Positions 27,960 to 37,340 are shown, counted from the first letter of the stretch. The stretch is 64,000 nt of DNA from Candidatus Magasanikiibacteriota bacterium (GCA_943355025.1 CALRDW010000003.1:7680-71679), one strand, 5' to 3'. Notes: generated by a model not told the origin, from the letters alone. Numbers and translations are program-made.

Positions 27960-28051
27960 ATGTTGAATCACTGTATTGAACTACTTATAAGCTTTTGAGC
28001 TCTGTTGAAAATAAATTAAAAACACCCACATTTTGATGGGTATTTTTAATT

Positions 28052-28132
28052 TGCCGCGGGCGGGAGTCGAACCCACAAGCCTTACGGCGGGGGATTTTAA
28101 GTCCCCTGTGTATACCATTCCACCACCGCGGC
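28052..28132 (-). tRNA. tRNA-Leu (anticodon TAA)
   Basis: GCCGCGG acceptor, anticodon stem GGGGA/TCCCC loop CTTAAAA, long variable arm GCCGTAAGGCTT, T arm GTGGG-TTCGACT-CCCGC; TTGACC-17-TACACT promoter on the minus strand just upstream. Confidence 0.8.
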
Positions 28133-28252
28133 ACAAGCCTATCGCAGTGTATAAAAAAACTCGGTTGCGGTCAATGTTATAAAAAATCCGCCGAGCACAC
28201 AAAGTGTTGGGCGGATGGATCGACTCTCGTTGAATAAGGCAGATCTGAGTCT

Positions 28253-29167
28253 CTAACAGCTACGATTCCACTCCTCGATGAGTGCAGGCAACTGCGTAAA
28301 GTCTTCGACGAAATGCGTCGCATGTTTGCTGTGCGTGTCGCATTTACGTCGGTTGACGAAAATCCGCATCGGAACCCCGAACGTTTTTGCGTGCAACATA
28401 TCTGTGTGCGTGTCGCCAATTTTCACTGCATGCGCGACAGAGACTCCGGTTCGGCGCTCGAATTCATCCCACGTTTCTTTGCCGCCTTTGCCGTGCGGGT
28501 CAGTGACGATAATGTTCGGCACAAGACTGAGAACGCGCTGTTTTTCAAACCGCTCGAGTTTTTTGCGGATTGAATACTCAGGATCGTAGAGCGGGCGATC
28601 ATTATCACGACGTTGGAGTCGCATGTCCGTTGTTGTTACGCCAACGATCTGCAGACCAAGTCCGTGCTCGAGCTGTTCGAGAATCGCTGCGCTGTCTTCG
28701 TACGGGCGACTGATCTTAGAAACAACATCCCAGAACAAATCATCGTGGTGTACGAGACTGTTGAGATGTCTCAGATCAAACGGATCCGAAATAAGTGAAT
28801 GCATCATGTATGCCGCGCGTCCAGTCCAGCTCCAATGGAGATCAGCTGGAAGCACGCCATTCTTTGATTCAACGTAGAGCGGAAAAGATCGCCGTAGCTC
28901 AGCTGACAAACGGCGATACTCGTTGATTCCTCGATTCGCAATCAGAATTTGGATCTGCTCGCGGAACGTGCCATGAACATGGTCCGTATCGATGTCCGGA
29001 TAGTCATTGAGAAGTGATTCTGCCGCCGCATACTCAGCATATTTTGCAACAAAGTCTGTTGCGCAATAATCCATGTCGCATGCAACTGCTCGAATAATTT
29101 GTTTACGTGGATTCACGGGTAACTCCTTGCTGAAAATATCCAGCGAAACGAGTGTACTGCAGTCCAA
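28253..29167 (-). CDS. hypothetical protein with HAD-like C-terminal segment
   Basis: 304 aa; C-terminal VAHAVKIGDTHTDMLHAKTFGVPMRIFVN is reminiscent of HAD motif III/IV; followed by a hairpin terminator at 28180-28216. Confidence 0.4.
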   Translation of the reverse strand: MDCSTLVSLDIFSKELPVNPRKQIIRAVACDMDYCATDFVAKYAEYAAAESLLNDYPDIDTDHVHGTFREQIQILIANRGINEYRRLSAELRRSFPLYVESKNGVLPADLHWSWTGRAAYMMHSLISDPFDLRHLNSLVHHDDLFWDVVSKISRPYEDSAAILEQLEHGLGLQIVGVTTTDMRLQRRDNDRPLYDPEYSIRKKLERFEKQRVLSLVPNIIVTDPHGKGGKETWDEFERRTGVSVAHAVKIGDTHTDMLHAKTFGVPMRIFVNRRKCDTHSKHATHFVEDFTQLPALIEEWNRSC

Positions 29168-29175
29168 AAATTAAA

Positions 29176-29574
29176 TCAAGGCGTAGTGCAGCCGGAGAGG
29201 GAATATAATTGGTCAATCGAAAGAACACCTTCGTGAGTTTGGTTGTCTGGCGTTATCCATGTTGGGTAGCTTTTAATTCCTGCTGCGTCACATGCGGCTG
29301 TTTGCTGATTATCGGGCCCTGCACATTCGACGTATGGAAGATTTGCTGCAGCGGAACCAAATAATGACTTTTGCTCAGCGCAATGCGGGCACCAAGACGC
29401 GCCATAAAATTTGAGGCCTTTTTTGGAAATGCACGCGGCAAGTGAGGGTGCGCGTGGGTCTGTTTGGTTTGAACGCGAGTGAATAATCGCGAGTCCGACG
29501 ATTACTGCAGCAATAAGACCAATTACAGTGTATAAAAAAAGGTTGTTGGATTGTTCTGAAGTGCTGGTTTTCAT
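29176..29574 (-). CDS. membrane-anchored thioredoxin-like protein (WCPHC)
   Basis: N-terminal TM helix then ASWCPHCAEQK thioredoxin active site; start taken at MKTSTSEQ. Confidence 0.65.
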   Translation of the reverse strand: MKTSTSEQSNNLFLYTVIGLIAAVIVGLAIIHSRSNQTDPRAPSLAACISKKGLKFYGASWCPHCAEQKSLFGSAAANLPYVECAGPDNQQTAACDAAGIKSYPTWITPDNQTHEGVLSIDQLYSLSGCTTP

Positions 29575-29661
29575 GTTGACGGAGATTATCTGTTCTGTTA
29601 TAGTTGCTCCGCTCATTCTAGCATGGGAGAGAGTAGTAAGCTAGGGTGTAATTCTATGATC

Positions 29662-29733
29662 GCCGCGGTAGCTCATCGGTAGAGCGCTGCCCTGAAGAGG
29701 CAGGCGTGGCCAGTTCGACTCTGGCTCGCGGCA
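29662..29733 (+). tRNA. tRNA-Phe (anticodon GAA)
   Basis: GCCGCGG-TA-GCTC...anticodon stem CTGCC/GGCAG loop CTGAAGA; T arm GCCAG-TTCGACT-CTGGC. Confidence 0.85.
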
Positions 29734-29735
29734 TA

Positions 29736-29767
29736 TAAAAAACAGATGCTTCGGTATCTGTTTTTTA
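29736..29767 (+). terminator. rho-independent terminator after tRNA-Phe
   Basis: ACAGATGCTTCGGTATCTGT hairpin + TTTTTT. Confidence 0.6.
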
Positions 29768-29836
29768 ATTTCTCAATAAGCACATGGCTTTTTAATTGAC
29801 ACGTCTTGCTCAGCCGCGATATCATTATGCGCGCGC

Positions 29837-29907
29837 GGGCCTGTAGTAAAGTGGTATTACGCGGCATTCGCATTGCTGAGGCGGGAGTCCGATTCTCCCC
29901 AGGTCCA
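29837..29907 (+). tRNA. tRNA-Ala (anticodon CGC) with non-canonical T-loop TCCGATT
   Basis: GGGCCTG acceptor with G3:U70 Ala identity pair; anticodon stem CGGCA/TGCTG loop TTCGCAT; T arm GGGAG-TCCGATT-CTCCC; followed by terminator. Confidence 0.6.
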
Positions 29908-29910
29908 CAT

Positions 29911-29943
29911 AAAAATTCCCACCAGTTCGGTGGGAATTTTTAT
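29911..29943 (+). terminator. bidirectional hairpin terminator
   Basis: ATTCCCACC-AGTTC-GGTGGGAAT flanked by A- and T-tracts. Confidence 0.6.
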
Positions 29944-29974
29944 TTGCCTCTGTAGGCCGTACGAGGCGGTTTCT

Positions 29975-30226
29975 TTACATTTTCTTGTCGCCCTTGCCCA
30001 TTCCGCATGCGCCGCCTTGGCAGCATCCTGAACATTTGCACATGAGAAGCATGAATAGAGCGGAGACACCTACGATAATGTAGATGACGCGTTCAACAGA
30101 CGAGCCTGCGCCAAAAAGTGAGGCAACGAGGTTGTACTTAAAAACACCGACAAGACCCCAGTTTATAGCGCCAACCCAAACGAGGGCTGCAGCGACTTTG
30201 TGACCGACGCACATGCCTGAATGCAT
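29975..30226 (-). CDS. DUF378-family small membrane protein
   Basis: AALVWVGAINWGLVG motif characteristic of DUF378; Cys-rich C-terminus. Confidence 0.65.
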   Translation of the reverse strand: MHSGMCVGHKVAAALVWVGAINWGLVGVFKYNLVASLFGAGSSVERVIYIIVGVSALFMLLMCKCSGCCQGGACGMGKGDKKM

Positions 30227-30300
30227 ACGAACATTTTTTAAATGAATAACTGAGTTAAGTATAACACATTATTTAAGAGGTCTGTTATACTATACTCACT

Positions 30301-30852
30301 ATGTTTCTTGATATTGGTCTCGGAATTCTTATCGCAATTTGGGTCAGCCATTTTTTTGGTGTTCCTTTAACAACTGGTTTATTAGGGTTTGGAGTGTTTT
30401 TTTCTTTAATACCTGACATTGATTTTTTGGTTGAACTTTTTAAACACGGGAGTGTTGGCGGCAAGTTTGTGCGGGAACATAGGGAGCTGTTACACTTTCC
30501 TATTCTGTATGCTCCGCTTATTTTGTGCGTGTATTTAATTTTTGGGAGCATGTGGGCATTAATGCTCGGTTTTGGATTGCTTGGACATTTTTTGCATGAC
30601 AGTGTTGGTATTGGTTGGGGCGTCAAATGGTTATGGCCAATTTCAAAGAGGTCCTTTAAGTTTTTTTCTGAACGAAATGGCGCGTTCTCGAGGCGTTTAT
30701 TGGTTTCATGGAGTCCGCAGGAACTTCCAGGCGTTGTTGCAGAACACGGTGATCCTCATTGGATGAGAAATATCTATTTGCGTTTGCACCCAATCGGAGT
30801 AATCGAATTTTTATTTTTTGTCGGGGCCTTAATCATGTTGTATTTCTATTAG
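30301..30852 (+). CDS. membrane-bound metal-dependent hydrolase, YdjM/DUF457-like
   Basis: LIPDIDF, HRELLHFP, HFLHDSVGIGWGVKWLWP resemble YdjM-family conserved His/Asp segments. Confidence 0.55.
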   Translation: MFLDIGLGILIAIWVSHFFGVPLTTGLLGFGVFFSLIPDIDFLVELFKHGSVGGKFVREHRELLHFPILYAPLILCVYLIFGSMWALMLGFGLLGHFLHDSVGIGWGVKWLWPISKRSFKFFSERNGAFSRRLLVSWSPQELPGVVAEHGDPHWMRNIYLRLHPIGVIEFLFFVGALIMLYFY

Positions 30853-30944
30853 AAATGTATTGCAGGCTTTTTCTTTCAACTGTTGACAGCGCGTTTACAT
30901 TTCGGTACAATAACCCCGCTTTATTGCTATCTTTGAAAGTACCT

Positions 30945-31020
30945 GGGCCCTTAGCTTAGTTGGTAGAGCGCCGCATTTGCAATGCGGAGGTCGAGAGTTC
31001 GAATCTCTCAGGGTCCACCA
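30945..31020 (+). tRNA. tRNA-Ala (anticodon TGC), CCA encoded
   Basis: GGGCCCT acceptor with G3:U70, anticodon stem CCGCA/TGCGG loop TTTGCAA, canonical T arm GAGAG-TTCGAAT-CTCTC. Confidence 0.9.
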
Positions 31021-31026
31021 GAACTT

Positions 31027-31100
31027 CGGGGCGTAGCTCAGTTGGCTAGAGCACCTGCTTTGGGAGCAGGGGGTCGCACGTTCAAGTCGTGTCGCCCCGA
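31027..31100 (+). tRNA. tRNA-Pro (anticodon TGG)
   Basis: CGGGGCG acceptor, anticodon stem CCTGC/GCAGG loop TTTGGGA, T loop TTCAAGT. Confidence 0.85.
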
Positions 31101-31104
31101 TAAA

Positions 31105-31137
31105 AAAATACCACCAATTTCGGTGGTATTTTTTTAT
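31105..31137 (+). terminator. rho-independent terminator after tRNA-Ala/Pro
   Basis: ATACCACC-AATTTC-GGTGGTAT + TTTTTTT. Confidence 0.65.
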
Positions 31138-31195
31138 CTCGACTGAGGTCTCAGACTTGCCAAACGCGGCGCCCAGGCGTACACTAGTCACCGAT

Positions 31196-31270
31196 GCGGG
31201 CATCGTATAGTGGCTATTATGGCTGCCTTCCAAGCAGCAGAGACGGGTCCGATTCCCGTTGCCCGCTCCA
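31196..31270 (+). tRNA. tRNA-Gly (anticodon TCC), CCA encoded, T-loop TCCGATT
   Basis: GCGGGCA acceptor, anticodon stem GCTGC/GCAGC loop CTTCCAA, T arm ACGGG-TCCGATT-CCCGT. Confidence 0.8.
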
Positions 31271-31278
31271 AAGAAAAA

Positions 31279-31305
31279 TGCTCACCCTTGTGGTGGGCTT
31301 TTTTC
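31279..31305 (+). terminator. bidirectional terminator (tRNA-Gly / LTD gene)
   Basis: GCTCAC...GTGGGC hairpin + TTTTTT. Confidence 0.5.
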
Positions 31306-33356
31306 TAATGTGTGATTGGTCGTTTGAATATTTTCTCAAATAATTTTGTAACAAACGCACGGATACGAAGAATAAATGCTTGAGCTTGTCGTGGACTGCG
31401 AAGTCGACGGCTGCTCCAGGTAATCAGAATATGTAGAAGTAGGAATGTTACTACTGTTGCGCCGAGCAAAAACAAACTTGATAGCGAATTTTGTTTTGTT
31501 GGAATAGCAATCCCTCCTGTATTTGCCGATGTTAATATAATACTGCTCTGCGTCTGGGGAACAAAGGTTGTTTGCGCCGCCTCATCGGTTAAAAACACAC
31601 CTTGAATTGCAATTGTATCGCCAAGTTTTACTCGTGTGCCATCTGAATAATGTCCGCGAGCTGGAACAAAGACATCCTCAGATTCTGTGTGAATGAGGAA
31701 ACTGGACGTTCCAGTATCCGTTACCTTTCCCATGATACGTGTTGATGAGACAGTTGAAGTGCCGAGAATTTTTATAGGCCCTTGTGCCGATATTTGTAGC
31801 AGCATTCGATCTGTTCTAAATTTTTTTGCTGCACGAAATTCGATTCGAGTTCCAGCTTTTAAATCTAATAATTCTGGTCTATTGCCGAGTGCTTCGACCA
31901 TATGTGAATCAACAATAAAACGATGTGCGCTGATTATTCCGGGTGGCACGGTTACAACACCTATATATTCATATGCGTGGGGCTGTGAAATAACTGCAGC
32001 ATGGAGTGGTGCAGCAGCTACTACCGCGTTTGTGGGCACTAACAGTTGCTTTGTCTCAGTAATTATTGATTTTTCTGATATCTGAGCGATTGGTTTATTT
32101 ATTTGTGTGGCGACTGGAGTAGTCGTTGTTGCCGCGGCCGCGTTTACACGCAGGTCATGATGGAGTTCTGCGACGCTGCCAACAGAATCACGTGCGCGCA
32201 CGAGAATTGTATACAGACCCGGCGCATCGTATTTGTGCGTTGTTGTTGTCCCAGAAATTTCAAAACCGTCTCCGAAATTCCAGATAATCTCCGCGAGGTC
32301 ATTATTGGGGTCCGTAGTATCTTCGGCAGAAACAGCGCACGGATTATTTACCACAAGCGGCTCTCCGCAAAGTGTGGCGCGAATAGTTGGAGGCGCGGGG
32401 AGTGATATGTACTCATTAGGTGCGTTTGGGGTTGGCTGGACGGTCCATTGCCACGCGCGAGCAATTTTTGCATACGCAGCGTTGATAGAAGCTGACTCAC
32501 TATAAATAACCTGGTCGATTATTTTTCCATCAGTATCTAATAGTTGCACCATTTCGCCACCAGAATCGTTGAGTGCAATCATTGTTTGTTTTCGCAGCCA
32601 CATGCGGCGGCTGCCAGGACCGAGCATCGTGTTTTCACCATGACTTCCGAGTGCATACGCAGCCCCCGATGCATCACGCAGCCATAGTCCTGCAACATCG
32701 ACGCCTTCCATCGAAGTGTTTTCTATCTCGATAAATTCATCGCCCGAAGTTGGATGCGGAAATAACTCGCTGAGCACAATTGGCCACTGAATGGCATGCG
32801 TAATGCGCGCCGCTATTGCGTCAGGCCCCGAAGTTAGTATGGTCGTAGTTTGTGTCGGCCCGTTTTGCGGCGTGGGAGTGCTCGTAGCTGAGCTTGGTGC
32901 ACTGCTCGTGCTCGTGGCGGTGGTTGATGCGCTATGAAATAGACTGACGACAGAGGAATCCTCGAATGTTGATACATAGGAATTAGTATTTACGAGTGCG
33001 ACGGTTGTTCCGCGATCTACAAGTGAGAGCGATGTGTAGGTCATCTGTGCCTGAAGCGCGAATCGTCCATTTTTATTAGCAACTGTATAGGTACTGCCAG
33101 CGTCAATTTGTGCCCCAGTTGTAAAATTTTTCTTCTGGATTGTCGTACTTCCATCACTACGCACTTGAATCGACCACCGCGATATATCGACGGGCCCCTG
33201 ACCTGTGTTGCGCAGTAGAATAAATTCGTCGTCTGCGCCCGGCGATCCTGTTTCAGCGGAATCGATTATTACGGCTGCGTATGCGGTATGAGCAAAGCCG
33301 AACGCAAGCGCAATCGTTGCTGCCCAAATTCCAAAAATAAATGGATATAATCGCAT
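31305..33356 (-). CDS. secreted/membrane-anchored protein with two lamin-tail domains and a PKD domain
   Basis: signal peptide; LTD-like SPGADDEFILLRNTG and PTSGDEFIEIENTS; PKD-like NFGDGFEISGTTTTHKYDAPGLYTILVRARDSVG; C-terminal TM helix. Confidence 0.7.
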   Translation of the reverse strand: MRLYPFIFGIWAATIALAFGFAHTAYAAVIIDSAETGSPGADDEFILLRNTGQGPVDISRWSIQVRSDGSTTIQKKNFTTGAQIDAGSTYTVANKNGRFALQAQMTYTSLSLVDRGTTVALVNTNSYVSTFEDSSVVSLFHSASTTATSTSSAPSSATSTPTPQNGPTQTTTILTSGPDAIAARITHAIQWPIVLSELFPHPTSGDEFIEIENTSMEGVDVAGLWLRDASGAAYALGSHGENTMLGPGSRRMWLRKQTMIALNDSGGEMVQLLDTDGKIIDQVIYSESASINAAYAKIARAWQWTVQPTPNAPNEYISLPAPPTIRATLCGEPLVVNNPCAVSAEDTTDPNNDLAEIIWNFGDGFEISGTTTTHKYDAPGLYTILVRARDSVGSVAELHHDLRVNAAAATTTTPVATQINKPIAQISEKSIITETKQLLVPTNAVVAAAPLHAAVISQPHAYEYIGVVTVPPGIISAHRFIVDSHMVEALGNRPELLDLKAGTRIEFRAAKKFRTDRMLLQISAQGPIKILGTSTVSSTRIMGKVTDTGTSSFLIHTESEDVFVPARGHYSDGTRVKLGDTIAIQGVFLTDEAAQTTFVPQTQSSIILTSANTGGIAIPTKQNSLSSLFLLGATVVTFLLLHILITWSSRRLRSPRQAQAFILRIRAFVTKLFEKIFKRPITH

Positions 33357-33453
33357 AAATCGTACAGAATTAATTATTCTTTCTGTTTCTACTGGGTTCC
33401 ACTAATCATGATTTTTGTCAAGTGTTGATAAACGGTGGAAAGTTGGCTATCAT

Positions 33454-33540
33454 GCCTTAACAGGGGCAGGTGGCGGAATTGGTATACGCGCTGGCTTTAG
33501 GAGCCAGTCCTGGAAACGGGTTGAGGGTTCAAGTCCCTCC
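33454..33540 (+). tRNA. tRNA-Leu (anticodon TAG), CCA encoded
   Basis: GGGCAGG acceptor, anticodon stem CTGGC/GCCAG loop TTTAGGA, long variable arm, T loop TTCAAGT. Confidence 0.85.
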
Positions 33541-33595
33541 CTGCCCACCAGTTTTGAGTTTCAAACGAGGGGCAAGTCCCGAAATTAATAATTCT

Positions 33596-34594
33596 ATGGA
33601 TCAGCCCGCAATCACGGTTTCCAATCTTACAAAAAAGTTTTCTTTTACTGCGAAAGAGGAGTCTTCGGGCTGGATAAAAAATTTATTCTCACCTGTTACA
33701 AAGGAAATCGTGGCGGTTGATGGTGTATCATTTTCTGTTGAGCACGGAGAACGCATTGCATTTATTGGTCCAAACGGCGCGGGAAAATCGACAACGATTA
33801 AAATGTTAACGGGAATTTTATTTCCAACGTCCGGCACGGTTTCGATTCTAGGGCTCGATCCAACAAAAGATCGAAAAAAACTCGCGTACCAAATCGGTAC
33901 AGTTTTTGGCCAACGCTCTCAACTTCTGCCAAATCTTCCACTGACGGATTCGCTCGAATTTTTCGGCGTGATGTATGACCTGCCGGAAAAAATAATTCAG
34001 AAACGAATCGTCGAACTTGTCGATTTATTTGATCTCGGTTCATTCATTTCGCAACCTGTCCGCAAACTTTCCCTCGGCCAGCGCATGCGCGCGGAGGTTG
34101 CAGCGTCACTCATTCACAAACCAAAAATTATTTTGCTCGACGAACCGACGATCGGCCTTGATGTTGTTGCAAAAAAAGCGCTACGCGATCTACTCATCAG
34201 AATAAATAAGGAAGAAAATACAACAATTTTTTTAACCTCGCATGACGTAGGCGATATCGAATCGCTCTGTGACAGAACTATCGTTATTAATCATGGATCG
34301 GTGATTAAAGATTTGCCGACGCAGGACTTGGCACGTTCGTTCGTGTACGAAAAATTTATTGATCTTGTCGCAGAGCACAAATTCAGCACGTTCCCAAAAT
34401 TGCCCGCGGGCATTCGGTACGCAACAACAAACGCAAACAAAATAACAGTTGTTGTTGATATTAATAAAATTTCTGTTCAGGCTGCGCTCATAAAATTACT
34501 TACCTTGTTCGAAGTCGAAGATATCGATGTATACAACGCTGATTTAGAAACGGTTATTCGACATATTTATGAGCGGAATTCGGATCGCGCGTAA
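33596..34594 (+). CDS. ABC transporter ATP-binding protein (ABC-2 type)
   Basis: Walker A GPNGAGKST, signature LSLGQRMR, Walker B ILLDEPTIGLD; the longer 33470 ORF overlaps the tRNA so ATG 33596 is used. Confidence 0.85.
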   Translation: MDQPAITVSNLTKKFSFTAKEESSGWIKNLFSPVTKEIVAVDGVSFSVEHGERIAFIGPNGAGKSTTIKMLTGILFPTSGTVSILGLDPTKDRKKLAYQIGTVFGQRSQLLPNLPLTDSLEFFGVMYDLPEKIIQKRIVELVDLFDLGSFISQPVRKLSLGQRMRAEVAASLIHKPKIILLDEPTIGLDVVAKKALRDLLIRINKEENTTIFLTSHDVGDIESLCDRTIVINHGSVIKDLPTQDLARSFVYEKFIDLVAEHKFSTFPKLPAGIRYATTNANKITVVVDINKISVQAALIKLLTLFEVEDIDVYNADLETVIRHIYERNSDRA

Positions 34595-35369
34595 AATTAT
34601 TTCGACGCTCGTTAAAGATCGGATTCACTATCCAGCGCGGCTTATTATTGATACGTTTGCTGTTATTGCGCGTTGCGGGCTGCTTCTAATTTTATATGCA
34701 CATGTATTTCGAATAAATGGCGGCGTTATAAACGGAACGACATTTATTTTTGCCGCGTGGAGCATCTTTTTTTATTTTTCTTTTTCTATTTTGCGCCTCC
34801 GTGATATTTCGCGCGCGATAATGCAGGATGTACAAAGCGGAACGATTGAGATGCTTTTGAGTAAACCGTTTTCGTATTTGTGGTATCGCGCATGTTGGCA
34901 AATCGGTTCGGGAATTTATTCATTCATAACAATTTTTGTCGTTGCGACTATCATTCTTGGTTTTTGGATTGGATTTCCGTCAACTATGCTCGTCGGAGTT
35001 TTTATTCCAACATTTACACTAACATTTTTGTGTGGCTCAGTGCTTTCGCTTTTGGTATATTCGGCAGTGGGCCTTTTGGCATTTTGGATGGAGGACGTCA
35101 ACCCTGTGTTTTGGGTTGTTGATAAAGCGGTTATGATTCTCGGCGGCTCGTATCTTCCGGTTGCTCTATTTCCACCACTCATGTTTAAACTCGCTCTCTA
35201 CAGTCCCTTTGGCGCAACACTATTTGTTTCACACACGGTATCTCCGTCGTGGCAAACAACGTGGACCACACTTGTTGGTGCTCAATTATTTTGGATAGCT
35301 ATTTTTGGTCTGGTTGTGTATTGTATGTTTGAAAGAGCGCGGCGGAAAGTGTCGATAAACGGCGGCTAA
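34569..35369 (+). CDS. ABC-2 family transporter permease
   Basis: 6 TM helices, overlaps ATPase gene end; ABC-2 permease-like. Confidence 0.65.
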   Translation: MSGIRIARKIISTLVKDRIHYPARLIIDTFAVIARCGLLLILYAHVFRINGGVINGTTFIFAAWSIFFYFSFSILRLRDISRAIMQDVQSGTIEMLLSKPFSYLWYRACWQIGSGIYSFITIFVVATIILGFWIGFPSTMLVGVFIPTFTLTFLCGSVLSLLVYSAVGLLAFWMEDVNPVFWVVDKAVMILGGSYLPVALFPPLMFKLALYSPFGATLFVSHTVSPSWQTTWTTLVGAQLFWIAIFGLVVYCMFERARRKVSINGG

Positions 35370-35371
35370 TT

Positions 35372-36166
35372 ATGGCGAATGAATTACAGTTTGCGTTGTA
35401 CGCGATAAAAAAGAATATTCAAAGCAGTGCGGAACTTCGCACCAGTTTTTTAATGAATGTCATCGGCATGTTCGTTAACAATACCGCATTCATTCTCCTG
35501 TGGGTGTTTTTTGTAAAATCAGTTGGGGTTATTGGCGGTTGGACAGCGGCAGATATTATCGGCTTGCAGGGGTATACGTCTCTATGTTACGGCGTAGTTT
35601 TTTCAACATGCTTCGGGATTAGAAAAATTCCTGATTATATATCCTCGGGTGTGTTTGACCGCTTTATGCTCTCACCGAAAAATTTATTAATGCGCACCGC
35701 CACGTCAGCGTTCAGTGTTTCTTCGTTGGGCGACATAATTTTTGGCGTCGTCTGCCTCTGCATCTACGCGGTTTTAATTCATGCAGGACTGATCCAAGTT
35801 GCGCTCATGCTCGCGATAGCATGTATTGCGTCGATAATTTTTTTATCTGCAATACTTATTATAAATTCGCTCAGTTTTTTCTTTTCAGATTCGAGCGCTG
35901 TAACGGGGAGTCTGTTTGAGCTCTTTCTAACGCCATCGCTCTTTCATGGTGGTGCATTCCAAGGTGCGATGCGATTTATTTTTACGTTTATTATTCCATC
36001 ATTGCTCGTTGGAGCGATTCCAGTTGAAATTGTGCGCGACGCATCATTTGAAAAATTTTTACTTGTGGGCGTTCTTGCTGTAATCTGGTTTTTGTTTTCA
36101 ATTTATATTTTTAATCGGTCGGTCAGGCACTACGAGAGTTCGAACTTTATGACATTTGGAAGTTAA
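35372..36166 (+). CDS. ABC-2 family transporter permease (second subunit)
   Basis: polytopic membrane protein directly following the first permease. Confidence 0.6.
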   Translation: MANELQFALYAIKKNIQSSAELRTSFLMNVIGMFVNNTAFILLWVFFVKSVGVIGGWTAADIIGLQGYTSLCYGVVFSTCFGIRKIPDYISSGVFDRFMLSPKNLLMRTATSAFSVSSLGDIIFGVVCLCIYAVLIHAGLIQVALMLAIACIASIIFLSAILIINSLSFFFSDSSAVTGSLFELFLTPSLFHGGAFQGAMRFIFTFIIPSLLVGAIPVEIVRDASFEKFLLVGVLAVIWFLFSIYIFNRSVRHYESSNFMTFGS

Positions 36167-36179
36167 CGCGTGAATTACT

Positions 36180-37298
36180 ATGAAAATGATTGATACTTCG
36201 CAGGCCGCAAAATCAATACTCAGGGTCACAGAAGATTTGATCCGCATTCACTCGACTGCGGACCGAACCGATGAACTATACCACGCGATTCAATATGTCG
36301 CGGATTATTTTTCTGATTTGCCAGAGCTTGTCATACATCGATATGAAAGTAATAACAAACCATCGATTGTAATTAGTTTTGAGGAAACGCTTGAACCACA
36401 GGTCATGCTGGTTGGTCACGTCGACGCTGTTCCTGCACCTGATGAGTTGTTCGAACCACGCTATGAATCGGGCCGGTTATATGCACGCGGCGCATGTGAC
36501 ATGAAAAGCGAAGTTGCTGTAATGATGACGCTCATGCGGGATTTTTATTCGGCGAGTCCACGACCGTCGCTTGCGCTCATGCTCACGAGTGACGAAGAAA
36601 TTAACGGCAACAATGGTGCTCGATATCTTCTACACGATATTGGGTATCGCGCGAAAGTTGCGCTTGTGCCCGATGGCGGCGCTGAGCCAAGCCGAATAAT
36701 TCTCAAAAGTAAGGGAGTGCTCCACCTACACATTGGTGTTCGCGGACGTGCGGCTCACGGCTCGCGTCCGTGGCTCGGAAAAAATGCGATTGAAGATTTA
36801 TACGCGCTTTACGAACAGATTAAAACATTATTTCCACCGACAGATGATCCGGAACATTGGCACAGCACCTGTATCGTTGGAACAATTTCTGGGGGTGTTG
36901 CAACAAATCAGATTCCAGATTTTGCCGAGTGCGGAATTGATATTCGGTTTACAGAAGAACACGCGCTTGTGGATATTCTCTCGAAAATTCGCGCGTTTGC
37001 GCCGGACGCGGACATCGAAATTTTGTCGAAAGGCCATCCGATGTTTACGTCGCGTTCGAACCAGTTTGTCATGCTGTATGAGGAAGCTGTTCGGACGCTG
37101 TTCAATGTCCCGGAGCTTCAAGAAGAAATTACGCATGGCGCAACCGACGGTCGATTTTTTGCCGAATTCGGAATTCCTGTTATTGTGTCGCGCCCAGTTT
37201 CTGATGACCAACACAGCCCTAATGAATGGCTTGACCTTGCAAGTCTCGAAGATTTTAAGCGACTGTATGAACGTGCGATCACATTATTTCTTCGGTAA
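36180..37298 (+). CDS. M20-family metallopeptidase (ArgE/DapE-like)
   Basis: GHVDAVPA...GRLYARGACDMK metal-binding motifs. Confidence 0.75.
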   Translation: MKMIDTSQAAKSILRVTEDLIRIHSTADRTDELYHAIQYVADYFSDLPELVIHRYESNNKPSIVISFEETLEPQVMLVGHVDAVPAPDELFEPRYESGRLYARGACDMKSEVAVMMTLMRDFYSASPRPSLALMLTSDEEINGNNGARYLLHDIGYRAKVALVPDGGAEPSRIILKSKGVLHLHIGVRGRAAHGSRPWLGKNAIEDLYALYEQIKTLFPPTDDPEHWHSTCIVGTISGGVATNQIPDFAECGIDIRFTEEHALVDILSKIRAFAPDADIEILSKGHPMFTSRSNQFVMLYEEAVRTLFNVPELQEEITHGATDGRFFAEFGIPVIVSRPVSDDQHSPNEWLDLASLEDFKRLYERAITLFLR

Positions 37299-37340
37299 AT
37301 GTGATATACTAGTCTAAACTAGACTTTTATAGAGAAACAT

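Noticed and set aside
33470-33595. Longer N-terminal extension of the ABC ATPase ORF
   Set aside because: The extension overlaps tRNA-Leu(TAG) (33454-33540). The first in-frame ATG after the tRNA (33596, MDQPAITV...) is the plausible start.
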